A model generated the notes under the pieces. That model searched no databases, was not told the DNA's origin, and saw only the letters and a program-made list of their open reading frames with translations. From Acidimicrobiia bacterium UBA4744 (lineage in GTDB: Bacteria; Actinomycetota; Acidimicrobiia; Spongiisociales; UBA4744): DNA of 64,000 nucleotides. The translations under genes and the position numbers were made by a program. The DNA is taken from NCBI GenBank assembly GCA_002403855.1, contig DHIO01000050.1, positions 16,598-80,597 of the forward strand, read 5' to 3'. Below, piece by piece: positions 9,799 to 19,596 of this stretch. Position 1 is the first letter of the stretch. Each line of letters begins with the position of its first letter.

Positions 9799-10284
9799 AT
9801 GCCGAGTTTCGATGTTGTATCAGAAGTGAACATCCAGGAAGTCCGCAATGCCGTCGACCAGGCGGCTCGGGAGACCCGCACCCGTTACGACTTCAAAGGG
9901 ACCGAAACGGGAGTGCGACTGACCGACGAAGGCATCGTGCTCGAGTCGTCGTCGGAAGGGCGTCTCGAGGCCGCTGTGGTAGTCCTCAAAGAGAAGCTGG
10001 TTCGACGGAAGGTATCGCTCAAATCATTGTCCGGTGGGGTGCCCAGAGAGGTCGGCGGATCCCGCTTTCGAGCCGCCTTCGCCCTCCACCAGGGCATCGA
10101 CCAGGAATCCGCTCGGGAGTTGGCCAAATTGGTCCGGGATCTGAAGCTGAAGGTGCAGGCTCAGGTGCACGGCGACCGGGTACGCGTCACGGGCAAGAAG
10201 CGCGACGACCTCCAGCAGGTGATTGCCATGTTGAAAGAACTGGACTACAGGCTCCCGCTGCAATACGTCAACTACCGAGATTGA
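9799..10284 (+). CDS. yajQ: YajQ family cyclic-di-GMP-binding protein (UPF0234)
   Basis: MPSFDVVSEVNIQEVRNAVDQA is the canonical YajQ N-terminus; ~161 aa. Confidence 0.85.
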   Translation: MPSFDVVSEVNIQEVRNAVDQAARETRTRYDFKGTETGVRLTDEGIVLESSSEGRLEAAVVVLKEKLVRRKVSLKSLSGGVPREVGGSRFRAAFALHQGIDQESARELAKLVRDLKLKVQAQVHGDRVRVTGKKRDDLQQVIAMLKELDYRLPLQYVNYRD

Positions 10285-10354
10285 GGAACCCCGAGAGGGT
10301 TTCGCCCTCCCAAAGCGACCCGCCCCGCCGGGGTGCCTGTGGCAAGATGGAGCC

Positions 10355-10906
10355 ATGAGCGAAGGGATGGCCGGCAAGCTGCTGGTTGCGGTTCCTCACA
10401 TGCTCGACCCGAACTTCTTCCGCAGCGTCGTGCTGCTCTGCGAACACAACGAAGAGGGAGCCCTCGGTCTGATCATCAACCAGCCGACGGACGCCGAGGT
10501 GTTCGACTACCTGCCGGGTTGGATCCATCTGGTCTCCGATCCCGGAGTGGTGTTCGTTGGTGGCCCCGTCCAGCGTGATGTCGCCGTCGGCCTGGCTCGA
10601 ACCTCAGCGGACGAGCCGGCAGGAGCCTTCACAGCCATCACCGGAGAACTCGGGCTTCTGGATCTCGGCTCCGATCCGGCGGCGGCAACGGGCATCGAAG
10701 CCGTTCGAGTCTTCAGCGGTTACGCCGGTTGGGAGGCCGGGCAGCTCGAGGCAGAGCTCGAAGAGGGCGGCTGGTTCGTGGTTCCGTCCCAGCCGGCCGA
10801 CGGTTTCGCTGCGCAACCCGAAGACCTGTGGCGGAACGTTCTGGCACGGCAGGGCGGGAAACTCGCCGTCTACGCCACCTTCCCGCTCGACCCGAGCCTG
10901 AACTGA
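10355..10906 (+). CDS. YqgE/AlgH family protein (UPF0301)
   Basis: AGKLLVAVPHMLDPNFFRSVVLLCEHNEEGALGLIIN is the family signature. Confidence 0.8.
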   Translation: MSEGMAGKLLVAVPHMLDPNFFRSVVLLCEHNEEGALGLIINQPTDAEVFDYLPGWIHLVSDPGVVFVGGPVQRDVAVGLARTSADEPAGAFTAITGELGLLDLGSDPAAATGIEAVRVFSGYAGWEAGQLEAELEEGGWFVVPSQPADGFAAQPEDLWRNVLARQGGKLAVYATFPLDPSLN

Positions 10907-10947
10907 CGGTCCCGGGCCCTTTTGGGGACCTCGGGTATCCTGCTCAA

Positions 10948-11649
10948 GTGCCCACTACTGTGCCCCGCCTCCGCAGGTCGCTCAAGAGACAAGCCCCCAA
11001 CCTGGCCGTGGAACGACGCCTCTGGGATCTGGGCCATGAGGTGGTGGTGGGAGTCGACGAAGTCGGCAGAGGGGCGTGGGCGGGCCCGATCAGTGTTGGG
11101 GCTGCGGTTGTGCCCAGGGAGTCGAGGGTTTACAAGATCCGGGATTCGAAGGTGCTCACCGAAAACGAACGCGAGGCCTTATTCGATCGGATAGCAGGCT
11201 GGTGCGTTGCCTGGTCCGTCGGGCATGCCAGTCACCTGGAATGCGACGAGATCGGAATGTCGGCGGCACAGCGACTGGCGGCTCGACGGGCTCTGGAGGG
11301 TCTCGAAGTGAGGCCCGATCGCGTACTGGTCGACGGCAATTGGGATTTCGTCGGTGGGGGCAACACCACCAAGATCGTCAAGGGCGACGCAACCACCGTT
11401 TCCATCTCGGTGGCTTCGGTCCTCGCCAAAGTAACCCGGGATCGATTGATGCGCGCCGAGGCCGAGCACTACCCGGCGTTCAACTTCGAGGGCAACAAGG
11501 GATATCCGTGCCCCGTTCACAAGGCGGCGCTGCAGGCGTGGGGTCCAACTACGTTGCACCGCCGGACGTGGGCGTTCATGGATGGGCTGATGTGGCCGGG
11601 TGTCCGCCGTTTCCGTCGCCCCGACCCCCAGGGTCGGTTGTTCGACTGA
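10948..11649 (+). CDS. rnhB: ribonuclease HII
   Basis: GVDEVGRGAWAGPISVGAAVV (catalytic DEVG motif), DSKVLTENERE. GTG 10948 chosen because the track's 10729 start would overlap yqgE by 178 nt. Confidence 0.85.
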   Translation: MPTTVPRLRRSLKRQAPNLAVERRLWDLGHEVVVGVDEVGRGAWAGPISVGAAVVPRESRVYKIRDSKVLTENEREALFDRIAGWCVAWSVGHASHLECDEIGMSAAQRLAARRALEGLEVRPDRVLVDGNWDFVGGGNTTKIVKGDATTVSISVASVLAKVTRDRLMRAEAEHYPAFNFEGNKGYPCPVHKAALQAWGPTTLHRRTWAFMDGLMWPGVRRFRRPDPQGRLFD

Positions 11650-11692
11650 TATCCGCCGGATCTCCCCGTCCGGCCGGTACGCTCGGCTCGAT

Positions 11693-12703
11693 ATGGAGGC
11701 TTGGCGTTCCTTTCTCGGGTTTCTGGCCGCGCTGGCGCTGTTGGCCGGGGTGCCCGGGGCGGGCGTACTCGCTCAGACCGAGGTCGATCGGGCGGCCGAC
11801 GACGTCACCCGCGCCGAGGCGGAGAAAGCGGAAGCCGAGCACCTGGTTGACGCCTGGGCTGCCACCCGGCGTACCGTACAGGCTCAGGTGATGGCGGCGC
11901 TGTTCTCCCTCGAGCAAACGAACAGCCAACTCGAGCAGACTTCCTTCCAACTGCTCGACCTTCGGGATGAGATCTTCGATACGGAAGCTCGCATCCGTCA
12001 CCTTCGCATCGTCACCGAAACCCGTGCCGTCGAGGCGTATATGGAGGGTACGGCCGCCGGTCTGATCTCAATCTGGCCGGCGTCGACCTTCGAGCAGCGC
12101 GCCCTACTGGAGGAGACCGTCGCGTCGACCAAGCGGGCGGACGCGCAAGAGCTGGCCAAACTGGCCACGGAGAAGGACCGCCTGGCGGGGCTGCAAGAAG
12201 GCTACGAGAAAGCCCAGGACCAACTCAGATCGCTCCGGGCGGAGGCCGAGATCCAGAGCCGGGCCCTACAGGGTCTCTTCGATGAGGTGGATGCCGGCTA
12301 CGCGACGTCCTATCGGGGACTGGAGGCCGCGGACGCGGCCTACCGCCGCGAAGTGTCGGAGTGGGAGGAAGCCAGACGCCGCAGGGCGGCCCGGGCCGGT
12401 GTCGAACCCTGGCGCACCCTAGTTCAGCAGTACTTCCCGGAGAATCTCGTCGACCAGGCGCTCAGCGTCATGCGTTGCGAGAGCGGTGGCGACCCGGATG
12501 CCGTGCACCCCGAATCCGGGGCGACGGGTCTTTTCCAATTCCTGGCCGGCACTTGGGCGTTCTCGAGCGTCAACGCCGGATTCCCGGGCGCGAGCCGGTT
12601 GGACGCCGAAGCCAACATAGCCTCCGCGGCCTGGTTGGCGGACCACTCGTCCGCGAGCGGGCATCCCCAAGGCGCGTGGGGCCATTGGGTGTGTCGGCCG
12701 TAG
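11693..12703 (+). CDS. secreted coiled-coil protein with C-terminal SLT lytic transglycosylase domain
   Basis: Signal peptide after MEAWRSFLGFLAALALLAG; long coiled-coil region; C-terminal CESGGDP...GLFQF...AW SLT/Rpf-like fold. Confidence 0.65.
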   Translation: MEAWRSFLGFLAALALLAGVPGAGVLAQTEVDRAADDVTRAEAEKAEAEHLVDAWAATRRTVQAQVMAALFSLEQTNSQLEQTSFQLLDLRDEIFDTEARIRHLRIVTETRAVEAYMEGTAAGLISIWPASTFEQRALLEETVASTKRADAQELAKLATEKDRLAGLQEGYEKAQDQLRSLRAEAEIQSRALQGLFDEVDAGYATSYRGLEAADAAYRREVSEWEEARRRRAARAGVEPWRTLVQQYFPENLVDQALSVMRCESGGDPDAVHPESGATGLFQFLAGTWAFSSVNAGFPGASRLDAEANIASAAWLADHSSASGHPQGAWGHWVCRP

Positions 12704-12713
12704 ATAGCGGAGA

Positions 12714-13826
12714 TCAGTCTTGTCCGGCGTGAACGTCTCGCTTGGCCTTACGGAGGTTCTTCCAGCGCGTGGCGAGGTCACCGTCCTCCGGAGGCTCAGC
12801 ATCAACGTCTCCGTCCTCGCGGGGTTCGGGGTCTTCCTCAACGCCGTCGGGCTGCTGCGGCTCGGCTGCCTCCGCCTCATGCAGGCGATGCAACTCTTCG
12901 AGCAACGGCGCCCCATCCTCGTCGATATCGCCGCCTTCGACGGGCAACCAGGTCGGCACCCCTGAGTCCGGTGCCTCTTCCGCAGAGGCAATCGGCTCCG
13001 GCTCATCAAACCTCTCCAGGCGGATCTCTTCTGCTGTGGTTTCGAGACCCTCACTGGGCGCGAGCTGCGAACCAAGCGACTCCGTCGTCAACACCTCTGT
13101 CTCGACCACCTCAGAGAGAAGCCCGGTGGCCGCCATAGACGTCTCGGGTACTTCGGTGCGGACGAACTCGACAAGTCCACGTTGAGCGAGCTCTGCCACC
13201 TTCTTGGCGGCGGCGAACTCGAAGATCTTCAGCTTCTGAGAGATATCGGTGATCGTGGAGGCGGCGCCGGTGGCTGACAGCAAGGCCCAGTCGCGGCGGG
13301 CCAGCACGACATCGTCCGTTGGTTCGAGCCGCGGTGCCATCCGGAATGCGTCTGTGGTTGAGGGGACGATCTCGAAGATCCGCGCCCAGGCCTCCGCCCG
13401 AGCTGAAGCCTGCTCGATCATGTCCTCCGTGTCGAACGAGTGGGGAATTTCGCGTCGGGGCAGTACGTCCACATCGAAGCGGAACTGGCCTTGGTCGACT
13501 CGCAGCAACCTGCTCAAGACCTCTACAACCATTTGCTCCAGAAATCGATTGAACGCCTCGGGATTGCTGTCCAGCAGATCGTTGAGGTTGACGATTCTGC
13601 GGTCATCCGCCGAGCCGAAAGAGTCGGCGCGGTACTCCATCTGGAGTAGGTTCTCGATCGGGTCGTCCTCGTTGCGGGTAGTGGCAAATGCCACACGGCC
13701 GTCGATGACGAAGATGCGTCCGGACGGTGAGGCATCGTGGATGCCGAGCAGGCCGGACTTCCCCGAAGATGCGATGAGCCGGAGGACATCCGGCAATGGG
13801 ACCGTGTCCAGGCTTCCGTTCAGCAT
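12714..13826 (-). CDS. DUF4388 (PATAN) domain protein with acidic C-terminal tail
   Basis: N-terminal NGSLDTVPLPDVLRLIASSGKSGLLGI matches DUF4388. C-terminal ~90 aa is Glu/Asp/Pro-rich low complexity. Start ATG 13826 with a weak RBS. Confidence 0.6.
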   Translation of the reverse strand: MLNGSLDTVPLPDVLRLIASSGKSGLLGIHDASPSGRIFVIDGRVAFATTRNEDDPIENLLQMEYRADSFGSADDRRIVNLNDLLDSNPEAFNRFLEQMVVEVLSRLLRVDQGQFRFDVDVLPRREIPHSFDTEDMIEQASARAEAWARIFEIVPSTTDAFRMAPRLEPTDDVVLARRDWALLSATGAASTITDISQKLKIFEFAAAKKVAELAQRGLVEFVRTEVPETSMAATGLLSEVVETEVLTTESLGSQLAPSEGLETTAEEIRLERFDEPEPIASAEEAPDSGVPTWLPVEGGDIDEDGAPLLEELHRLHEAEAAEPQQPDGVEEDPEPREDGDVDAEPPEDGDLATRWKNLRKAKRDVHAGQD

Positions 13827-14015
13827 CGTCAATGCGAAGCTTTCTCTCGACCAAAGAAGTCTCTGGACATCTATCGGCGTGCAGGCGTTCAACCTGAAGC
13901 AGCTCAATCGTGCTTATTTGAACCGTTTCCGACGGGATCTTTCGACCCGTTCGATCACATCTGAGCGGTTCTACGCGGCGTATCCTGACGCCTTGGGCAA
14001 TCAGGAGTGCAGAGC

Positions 14016-14753
14016 ATGAGTGCAGCTCGGCGAACGGCCGTCGTCACCGGAGCAAGTTCGGGAATCGGGGAGGCCACCACCCGACGTCTCGCCACTGATG
14101 GATTCAGCGTGGTTGGCGGGGCACGACGTCTCGACCGGCTCGAGAAGATTGCGGAAGAGACCGGGGCTCGCGTCATGGGACTCGACGTCACCGATCCGGA
14201 ATCGGTACTCGAATTCACGGCCGCCATCGATTCATGCGATGTGCTGGTCAACAACGCCGGGGGTGCTTTCGGGGTCGAATCGGTCTCGGAGGCGAGTGAC
14301 GATCGTTGGCAGAGGATGTACGAGGTCAACGTCCTCGGGACTGTGCGAATGACCCGGGCGCTGCTTCCCAAGCTGCTCGCAAGCGGAAACGGGCATGTCG
14401 TCGTGATCGGCTCGGTCGCTTCGACCGACACCTATGTTGGAGGTGGAGGGTACAACGCCGCCAAATTCGCCGTCCGGGCGTTCCGAGAGGTTCTGCGCAA
14501 GGAAATGCTGGGCAGGCCTCTGCGAGTCACGCAGATCGATCCCGGTTTGGTACACACGGAGTTCAGCCTCGTGAGACTGGATGGCGACGCTCCGGCGGCT
14601 GCTCGTGTCTACGACGGATTGACGCCGCTGACCGCCGCCGATATCGCAGATTGCGTCGCGTGGGCGGTGACCCGGCCCCCGCACGTCAACATCGATGAGA
14701 TCAAGGTTCTGGCGAGAGACCAGTCGACGGCCACCACAGTCTTCCGACGCTAA
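14016..14753 (+). CDS. SDR family oxidoreductase
   Basis: TGASSGIG Rossmann motif, NNAG, catalytic YNAAK. Confidence 0.85.
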   Translation: MSAARRTAVVTGASSGIGEATTRRLATDGFSVVGGARRLDRLEKIAEETGARVMGLDVTDPESVLEFTAAIDSCDVLVNNAGGAFGVESVSEASDDRWQRMYEVNVLGTVRMTRALLPKLLASGNGHVVVIGSVASTDTYVGGGGYNAAKFAVRAFREVLRKEMLGRPLRVTQIDPGLVHTEFSLVRLDGDAPAAARVYDGLTPLTAADIADCVAWAVTRPPHVNIDEIKVLARDQSTATTVFRR

Positions 14754-15430
14754 GCCGCCCGGGCAGCAGCGGGGGAGAACAACCGTCGGAACCAGAACAC
14801 GGAATAGATGATGGCCGCGCCGGTCATTGCTATCGAGGCGGCCGTCTTCGAGACGACGAACACGGAAACCGGCAATTCGAACAACATCCAGATGGTGACA
14901 CCGGCATTGGCCAGCATCACCGTCGCCCAAAGAAGCGAGATTCTCATGAAGAATCTACGCACAAACGGGTTGGTGAAGAAGTCGGGTGTAACAGGTAGGA
15001 AGTCCCTGGCAAGGCGCTGTACCAATGGCTGACCGGTGCTCATCGACACTAGAAAGGCAAAACCGAGGAGTGCGGTTCCCAGGCTGGGCTGCAAGAAGTA
15101 GAAGAAGACACTCCCGGTAGCCATGGCCAGAGCCGTGCGAACCGTGAGAGCCAGGGCGCTCAGGAGAACGAGACCTGGAATCGGCTCTCTTCGAACGACG
15201 CGGCGGAGGATGGCGAGGTAGGACCAGCTCAGTGCCGCGATGAGTGCACCCCACATGCCGACCGCCCAGAGTGCCCCGTAGAAGATGGCGAGTGGCATGA
15301 CCGTACCTTCCACAATCGCCGGGAGACCTTGCTTCGCCAGGGAACGTAGCCGGGGGGCTTCGAAGGTGTGGATGGGCATCTCCATATCGATATCGGAAAA
15401 ACAGGCAGGAAAACTTGAATCGGTATTCAC
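14750..15430 (-). CDS. hypothetical membrane protein (5-6 TM)
   Basis: Hydrophobic segments throughout; last gene of a minus-strand operon with the two genes below. Start may be at internal MEMPIHTF. Confidence 0.45.
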   Translation of the reverse strand: MNTDSSFPACFSDIDMEMPIHTFEAPRLRSLAKQGLPAIVEGTVMPLAIFYGALWAVGMWGALIAALSWSYLAILRRVVRREPIPGLVLLSALALTVRTALAMATGSVFFYFLQPSLGTALLGFAFLVSMSTGQPLVQRLARDFLPVTPDFFTNPFVRRFFMRISLLWATVMLANAGVTIWMLFELPVSVFVVSKTAASIAMTGAAIIYSVFWFRRLFSPAAARAA

Positions 15431-15568
15431 CGCGGAGCGGGAGTACCGGTCGTCGACCCGAGCACCTTAGTCGGGTTTCGCCAACATGCAAGGGAACGAA
15501 TATATTTCTGCATCCCGCCCCCTTGGGGTGGCGACTCCGGAGGCTCTGGTTGGTGGCTCCGCAGACCT

Positions 15569-16987
15569 CTAACCCCCCAGGACGTAGCAGGGGCCCCGGA
15601 AGTCGTAATTGGCGGCCAGATCTGAGGCAAAAAAGTCGGCGATCATCGCCATGGCGGAGATGCCGCCGTTGCCCAGGCTGGCGCCCAGGCCGCCCTGAGC
15701 GTCGAAGAGCTCCTTGTCCGGCTTGTAGATCGCGGTGGCCCGGGTCACCGTGGTGTTGGCGTCTCCGCTGAAGATATTGGAGGGTGAGAGGCCTTGGTAA
15801 CTGAGCGATCCGATTCCTTGGGCGGCCGTCACCACGCCGGCGGGGGTCAGGTCACCCAGCTCGGCGGCGTATTCGAGCACCCGCTTGGTGACCGAGAACT
15901 CGAGATACCCTTCGACCATTCCGGCCGCCGGGTATCGATCGGGGTATTCCTCCTTGAGCACCTCCAGCACCGGGCCCATGCCCTGTACGTCGGCTCCCAG
16001 CGGCGCCATCAAGGCGGACATGTACATGTTGTCGGCGATGTAGTCCCCGAGAGCCGTTCCCAGCAACCGGTCGCTGAAGGTTGGCATTGCGACGGCCCAC
16101 CGGCCCGTATAGCCAAGCTGCAGGGCGGTTCCGACAACGGTGGTCATGGTGAGGGGATCAGTCGCCAACCAGGTGAAGTCGGCTCCGCTTTGGGCGATGC
16201 CGGAGGAAACCGGAAGCAGGTCGGCACCGGGGATGATCGTCCCGGCTCCGTTGTAGACGACTTCCAGATCCAGTTGTTCGGCTGCATACGCGGCGCCCGC
16301 ATAGGAGTCGAGACCGTAATCACCGGGGACGGTGGCGATGGCCACAGTCGGCCTTTCTCCGGTTCGTTCCTCGAAGTCCGTGCTCAGCCAACTGATCGCA
16401 TTCATCGACTCCATGCAGTAGTTCGAACCGGTTTCGAGAAGATTGGCTCCCAAAACGGGGTCGGACCAGCCGGAATACCAGGTGACGGGTACCGCCAGGT
16501 GGTCGTTGGCGACCAGGTCCGGGAGGATGCCCAAGGTGTGCGGCGAACCGGTCGAGTGGGCGATCATGACCACTTCGTCGGCCAATACCCCGTACTTCTC
16601 TGCATGCAGCGCAGGGCTGTACCCGGTGTCCTCGATGATCAGTTCGACCTGCCGTCCGGCGATGCCGCCGTCTTCATTGACCTTCGACCAGAAAGCCACC
16701 TGAGCGTCGAGCACGTCGATCACCGTGCCCGAGAAGTAGCCGGTCAGGTCTGCCAGGAGGCCCAGATAGATGGTGTCGTCGGTGACGGTTACACCGTCCG
16801 TCTTCACGGGACTCGGGGCAACGGTGGTGTTGACGACGAGGCCGGCGGTGGTGGAAGTCGTCGACGAGGGCGGTGCAGTGAGGGGGGGCGCGCTGCCGTC
16901 ATCGTCGGTCGCGCACGCCACCGTCACCAGGGCGAGTGCCACAGCGATGACGGAAACAGAGCGGAACGGACGGCGTTGACGGCTCAT
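15569..16987 (-). CDS. type-1 periplasmic binding protein lipoprotein (Leu/Ile/Val-binding protein family)
   Basis: Signal peptide plus lipobox (ALALVTVAC), Ser/Thr linker, then PBP1/LivJ-like fold. ATGA-coupled to the upstream OmpA-BON gene. No cognate permease or ATPase genes nearby. Confidence 0.7.
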   Translation of the reverse strand: MSRQRRPFRSVSVIAVALALVTVACATDDDGSAPPLTAPPSSTTSTTAGLVVNTTVAPSPVKTDGVTVTDDTIYLGLLADLTGYFSGTVIDVLDAQVAFWSKVNEDGGIAGRQVELIIEDTGYSPALHAEKYGVLADEVVMIAHSTGSPHTLGILPDLVANDHLAVPVTWYSGWSDPVLGANLLETGSNYCMESMNAISWLSTDFEERTGERPTVAIATVPGDYGLDSYAGAAYAAEQLDLEVVYNGAGTIIPGADLLPVSSGIAQSGADFTWLATDPLTMTTVVGTALQLGYTGRWAVAMPTFSDRLLGTALGDYIADNMYMSALMAPLGADVQGMGPVLEVLKEEYPDRYPAAGMVEGYLEFSVTKRVLEYAAELGDLTPAGVVTAAQGIGSLSYQGLSPSNIFSGDANTTVTRATAIYKPDKELFDAQGGLGASLGNGGISAMAMIADFFASDLAANYDFRGPCYVLGG

Positions 16988-18375
16988 GGCCCCACCTCGA
17001 ATTCGATTCGACGGTTCTGGTCGTCGGTCGCTTCCTGGTCGGGGAAGAGCTCACCGTAGGAAACGGCTACCAGGCGGTAGGAAGGTACACCGCGGGTAAG
17101 GAGGTAGGAGAGCACCGCTCCGGACCTCTGCCGGGCGAGGGCCTGGTTGGTTTCGTTGCTGCCCGCGGTGTCCGTGTGTCCGGCGATGATCACCTGCAGA
17201 CCCGGCTGCGACTGGATGATGAGAGCTGCCCGGTCGAGTACCGGGCGGCTCTCTGCGGTGAGATCGGCCGATCCGACGGCGAACTCAACCGGGGTTGCTG
17301 CCAGCAGCGCTTGCAGTTCGCTCCGAAGGATTGCCCCGTCCCCGCGAAGCGAAAGGCGGCTGGAGACTTGATCGATTCCGTCGACCGAAAGCACAGCCGC
17401 TTCGGCCGTTTCGACAAATGCAAAGAAACCGGAACCGAGGGCCTCGAGCGGTACGGTACCGTCGAGGATCGCTCGCCGGCCGTTCACGGTAGTCGTAACG
17501 GTTTGGATGCCCGAGTCGGCCAGGGCGGTGGCTGCCGCCGCTTCGAGCTGTTGGGCCGGCAGGGCGGGCCCGATCGGGAGGGTTGCATCGATGGCCACCC
17601 GGTTGTCGAGCTTGTCGATGCCTTCCACTCCCAGGGCGATTGCAGCCGCCCGGGAGCGGGCTTCCTCACTTGGTACGGCGCCTTCGAGGACGGCCAGGCG
17701 GTCCTGGACCTCAGAAGAGATGTAGGCGAACTCATCGGCCGACAAGGCGGCGATGAGCGCCTCTTGCACCCCGGCCGAGGGCGCCGCCGTACCGATCTCC
17801 AGGCGGTTGTCGAGTTGCGCGACACCCTGCATGCTGAGGATCGTCGAGGCGGCAGCACTCAGCGATTCCTCATCGGTCACTATGCCCGTGACCGTTGCGG
17901 TACTGCCGTCGACCGCAATGGTGAGATCGGCAAAACCTTCCTCCGCGAGGGCCGCCAGGATCCTTTCCTCCAGGGTCAGGACCTTTGGGACGGTTTCGAC
18001 GGCCACCGGGTCGTCTGGCAAGAGAAGGAATTCGAACAGCCCCAGCTGCCATAGAGCCACGCCACCGACCGCAAGAAGCGCAATGACCAGGGCCAGCGAA
18101 ACGACTCTGAGCCACCCGCCCCTCCTACGCTTGGGAAGCGAACGGTGGCTGAGTGAGCTGGAGGAGCGGAGGGCGTCGATATCGCCGGGCGGACTCGAGG
18201 TCAGCCAGCGGTTGGGAGCGTCCGAGCCCACCGGCGACGGCCTGCTTTCCGGCCGTGAGGAACGCTTTGCGGGCGACGGCGGAGCACCCTGTTGATGGTG
18301 GGCCTCTTCGGCAGGGTGGTCGGACGGGGCTCGTCCGGGGATCGGCGAGGGCGTCTGATCGGAGGGGCTCGTCAT
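16984..18375 (-). CDS. OmpA/MotB C-terminal domain protein with BON-like repeats
   Basis: C-terminal OmpA peptidoglycan-binding motif (TDTAGSNETNQALARQRSGAVLSYL...RIEFEV). N-terminal Pro/Ser-rich region, one TM. Start ATG 18375 with GAGGAA RBS. Confidence 0.7.
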   Translation of the reverse strand: MTSPSDQTPSPIPGRAPSDHPAEEAHHQQGAPPSPAKRSSRPESRPSPVGSDAPNRWLTSSPPGDIDALRSSSSLSHRSLPKRRRGGWLRVVSLALVIALLAVGGVALWQLGLFEFLLLPDDPVAVETVPKVLTLEERILAALAEEGFADLTIAVDGSTATVTGIVTDEESLSAAASTILSMQGVAQLDNRLEIGTAAPSAGVQEALIAALSADEFAYISSEVQDRLAVLEGAVPSEEARSRAAAIALGVEGIDKLDNRVAIDATLPIGPALPAQQLEAAAATALADSGIQTVTTTVNGRRAILDGTVPLEALGSGFFAFVETAEAAVLSVDGIDQVSSRLSLRGDGAILRSELQALLAATPVEFAVGSADLTAESRPVLDRAALIIQSQPGLQVIIAGHTDTAGSNETNQALARQRSGAVLSYLLTRGVPSYRLVAVSYGELFPDQEATDDQNRRIEFEVGP

Positions 18376-18551
18376 GCCCGGTTCCTCATACGCTGTTACT
18401 CCTGCCGGCGGCCACACTTGCGCGCCGCCCCGGGCAATGCATCCTCCCAGAGTTTGTTTCGGTCAGACGGCGACTTCCTTGAGTCCGCCGAGGTAGCGAT
18501 CCCTTTGATGCTCGATTTCGAGGCACCCGAACGTTGACCGGGCGGGTGGAT

Positions 18552-19418
18552 TCAAAGTTCACTCCAGGGGGCCCCGCTGAGGTACTTCCATCCATCGTCG
18601 GGGAGAAGAACGACGGCCGTCCCGCCTTCGCCGGACAGCGTTTCGACGGCAGCGTGCAGGATTGCTCCCGAGGATGTTCCGACGAAGAGGCCCTCTTCCT
18701 TCATGGCGTCGGCAACAGCCAATTCGGCGACGCCTTTGTGGACTTCGTGGCGGTCGGTAACCAGGGACAGATCGGCGATCGGAGGCTGGAACGGATCGTC
18801 CTGGGAACGCATGCCGCCGATTGGATCATCGACGAACGGTTCGACCGAATGCACTCGTAGATCCTTCCAGGTCATCTTGAGACCCCGACTGTTTCCGGTG
18901 ATGGTTCCGCCGGTGCCGTACGCTGCCAGCAGGTGCGTCGGAGGTTCGTCCAGCGGCCAATCTCGCAGGATCTCACGGGAGGTACCCAGGAAGTGGGCGT
19001 AGACATTCCAACGATTGCCGTACTGGTAGAGCATGTGACCTTGACCCGACTCCACCAGGCTCCTGGCGTGGGCGATCGCATCGTTGGGACCACCCTCGAC
19101 CACGATGAGCTCGGCTCCGTAGGCGCGCAGAAGTCTCCTGCGTTCTTCGGTTGCGGTGCTTGGCAAGCAGATCGCCATAGGGTGTCGGTGGATGAGTGCT
19201 AGTCGGGCCAGGCCGATCCCGGTATTGCCGGAGGTCGCCTCGATCAGGGGTTGGCCGGGTTTGAGCTTCCCGTCCTCAACCGCGTTTCGGAACATGTACC
19301 ACGCCGCTCGATCCTTGATCGAGCCGGTCGGGTTGAACCACTCGAGTTTGGCGAACAACCTCGTTCCGGCCGGAGCCAGGTTGCGCAGCTCAACAAGAGG
19401 TGTATTGCCGGGTTTCAT
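18552..19418 (-). CDS. cysK: cysteine synthase (PLP-dependent, CysK/CysM family)
   Basis: MKPGNTPLVEL..., PLP lysine motif GSIKDRAA, SGNTG. The track's 459-aa N-terminal extension is low-complexity and rejected. Confidence 0.85.
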   Translation of the reverse strand: MKPGNTPLVELRNLAPAGTRLFAKLEWFNPTGSIKDRAAWYMFRNAVEDGKLKPGQPLIEATSGNTGIGLARLALIHRHPMAICLPSTATEERRRLLRAYGAELIVVEGGPNDAIAHARSLVESGQGHMLYQYGNRWNVYAHFLGTSREILRDWPLDEPPTHLLAAYGTGGTITGNSRGLKMTWKDLRVHSVEPFVDDPIGGMRSQDDPFQPPIADLSLVTDRHEVHKGVAELAVADAMKEEGLFVGTSSGAILHAAVETLSGEGGTAVVLLPDDGWKYLSGAPWSEL

Positions 19419-19596
19419 TTCCGACGCAACGGTAGTTGGCCGGGGGATTTGCTCACCCTGGCCGGGTAGCCTGACGGTACGGAGCAGGGATGGATCGGTG
19501 GGACGGGGTGACGACTTTGAACATGTAGGCCGGGAACTGCGAGAGCGGGTCGGTGGGGAGTTCCGCCTGGCGGCGGAGGAGGACGAATACTGGGCA

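Noticed and set aside
15794-17059. 421-aa ORF on the plus strand
   Set aside because: Entirely antisense to the well-supported binding-protein and OmpA genes. It is Gly/Arg/His-rich low complexity, typical of spurious antisense frames in high-GC DNA.
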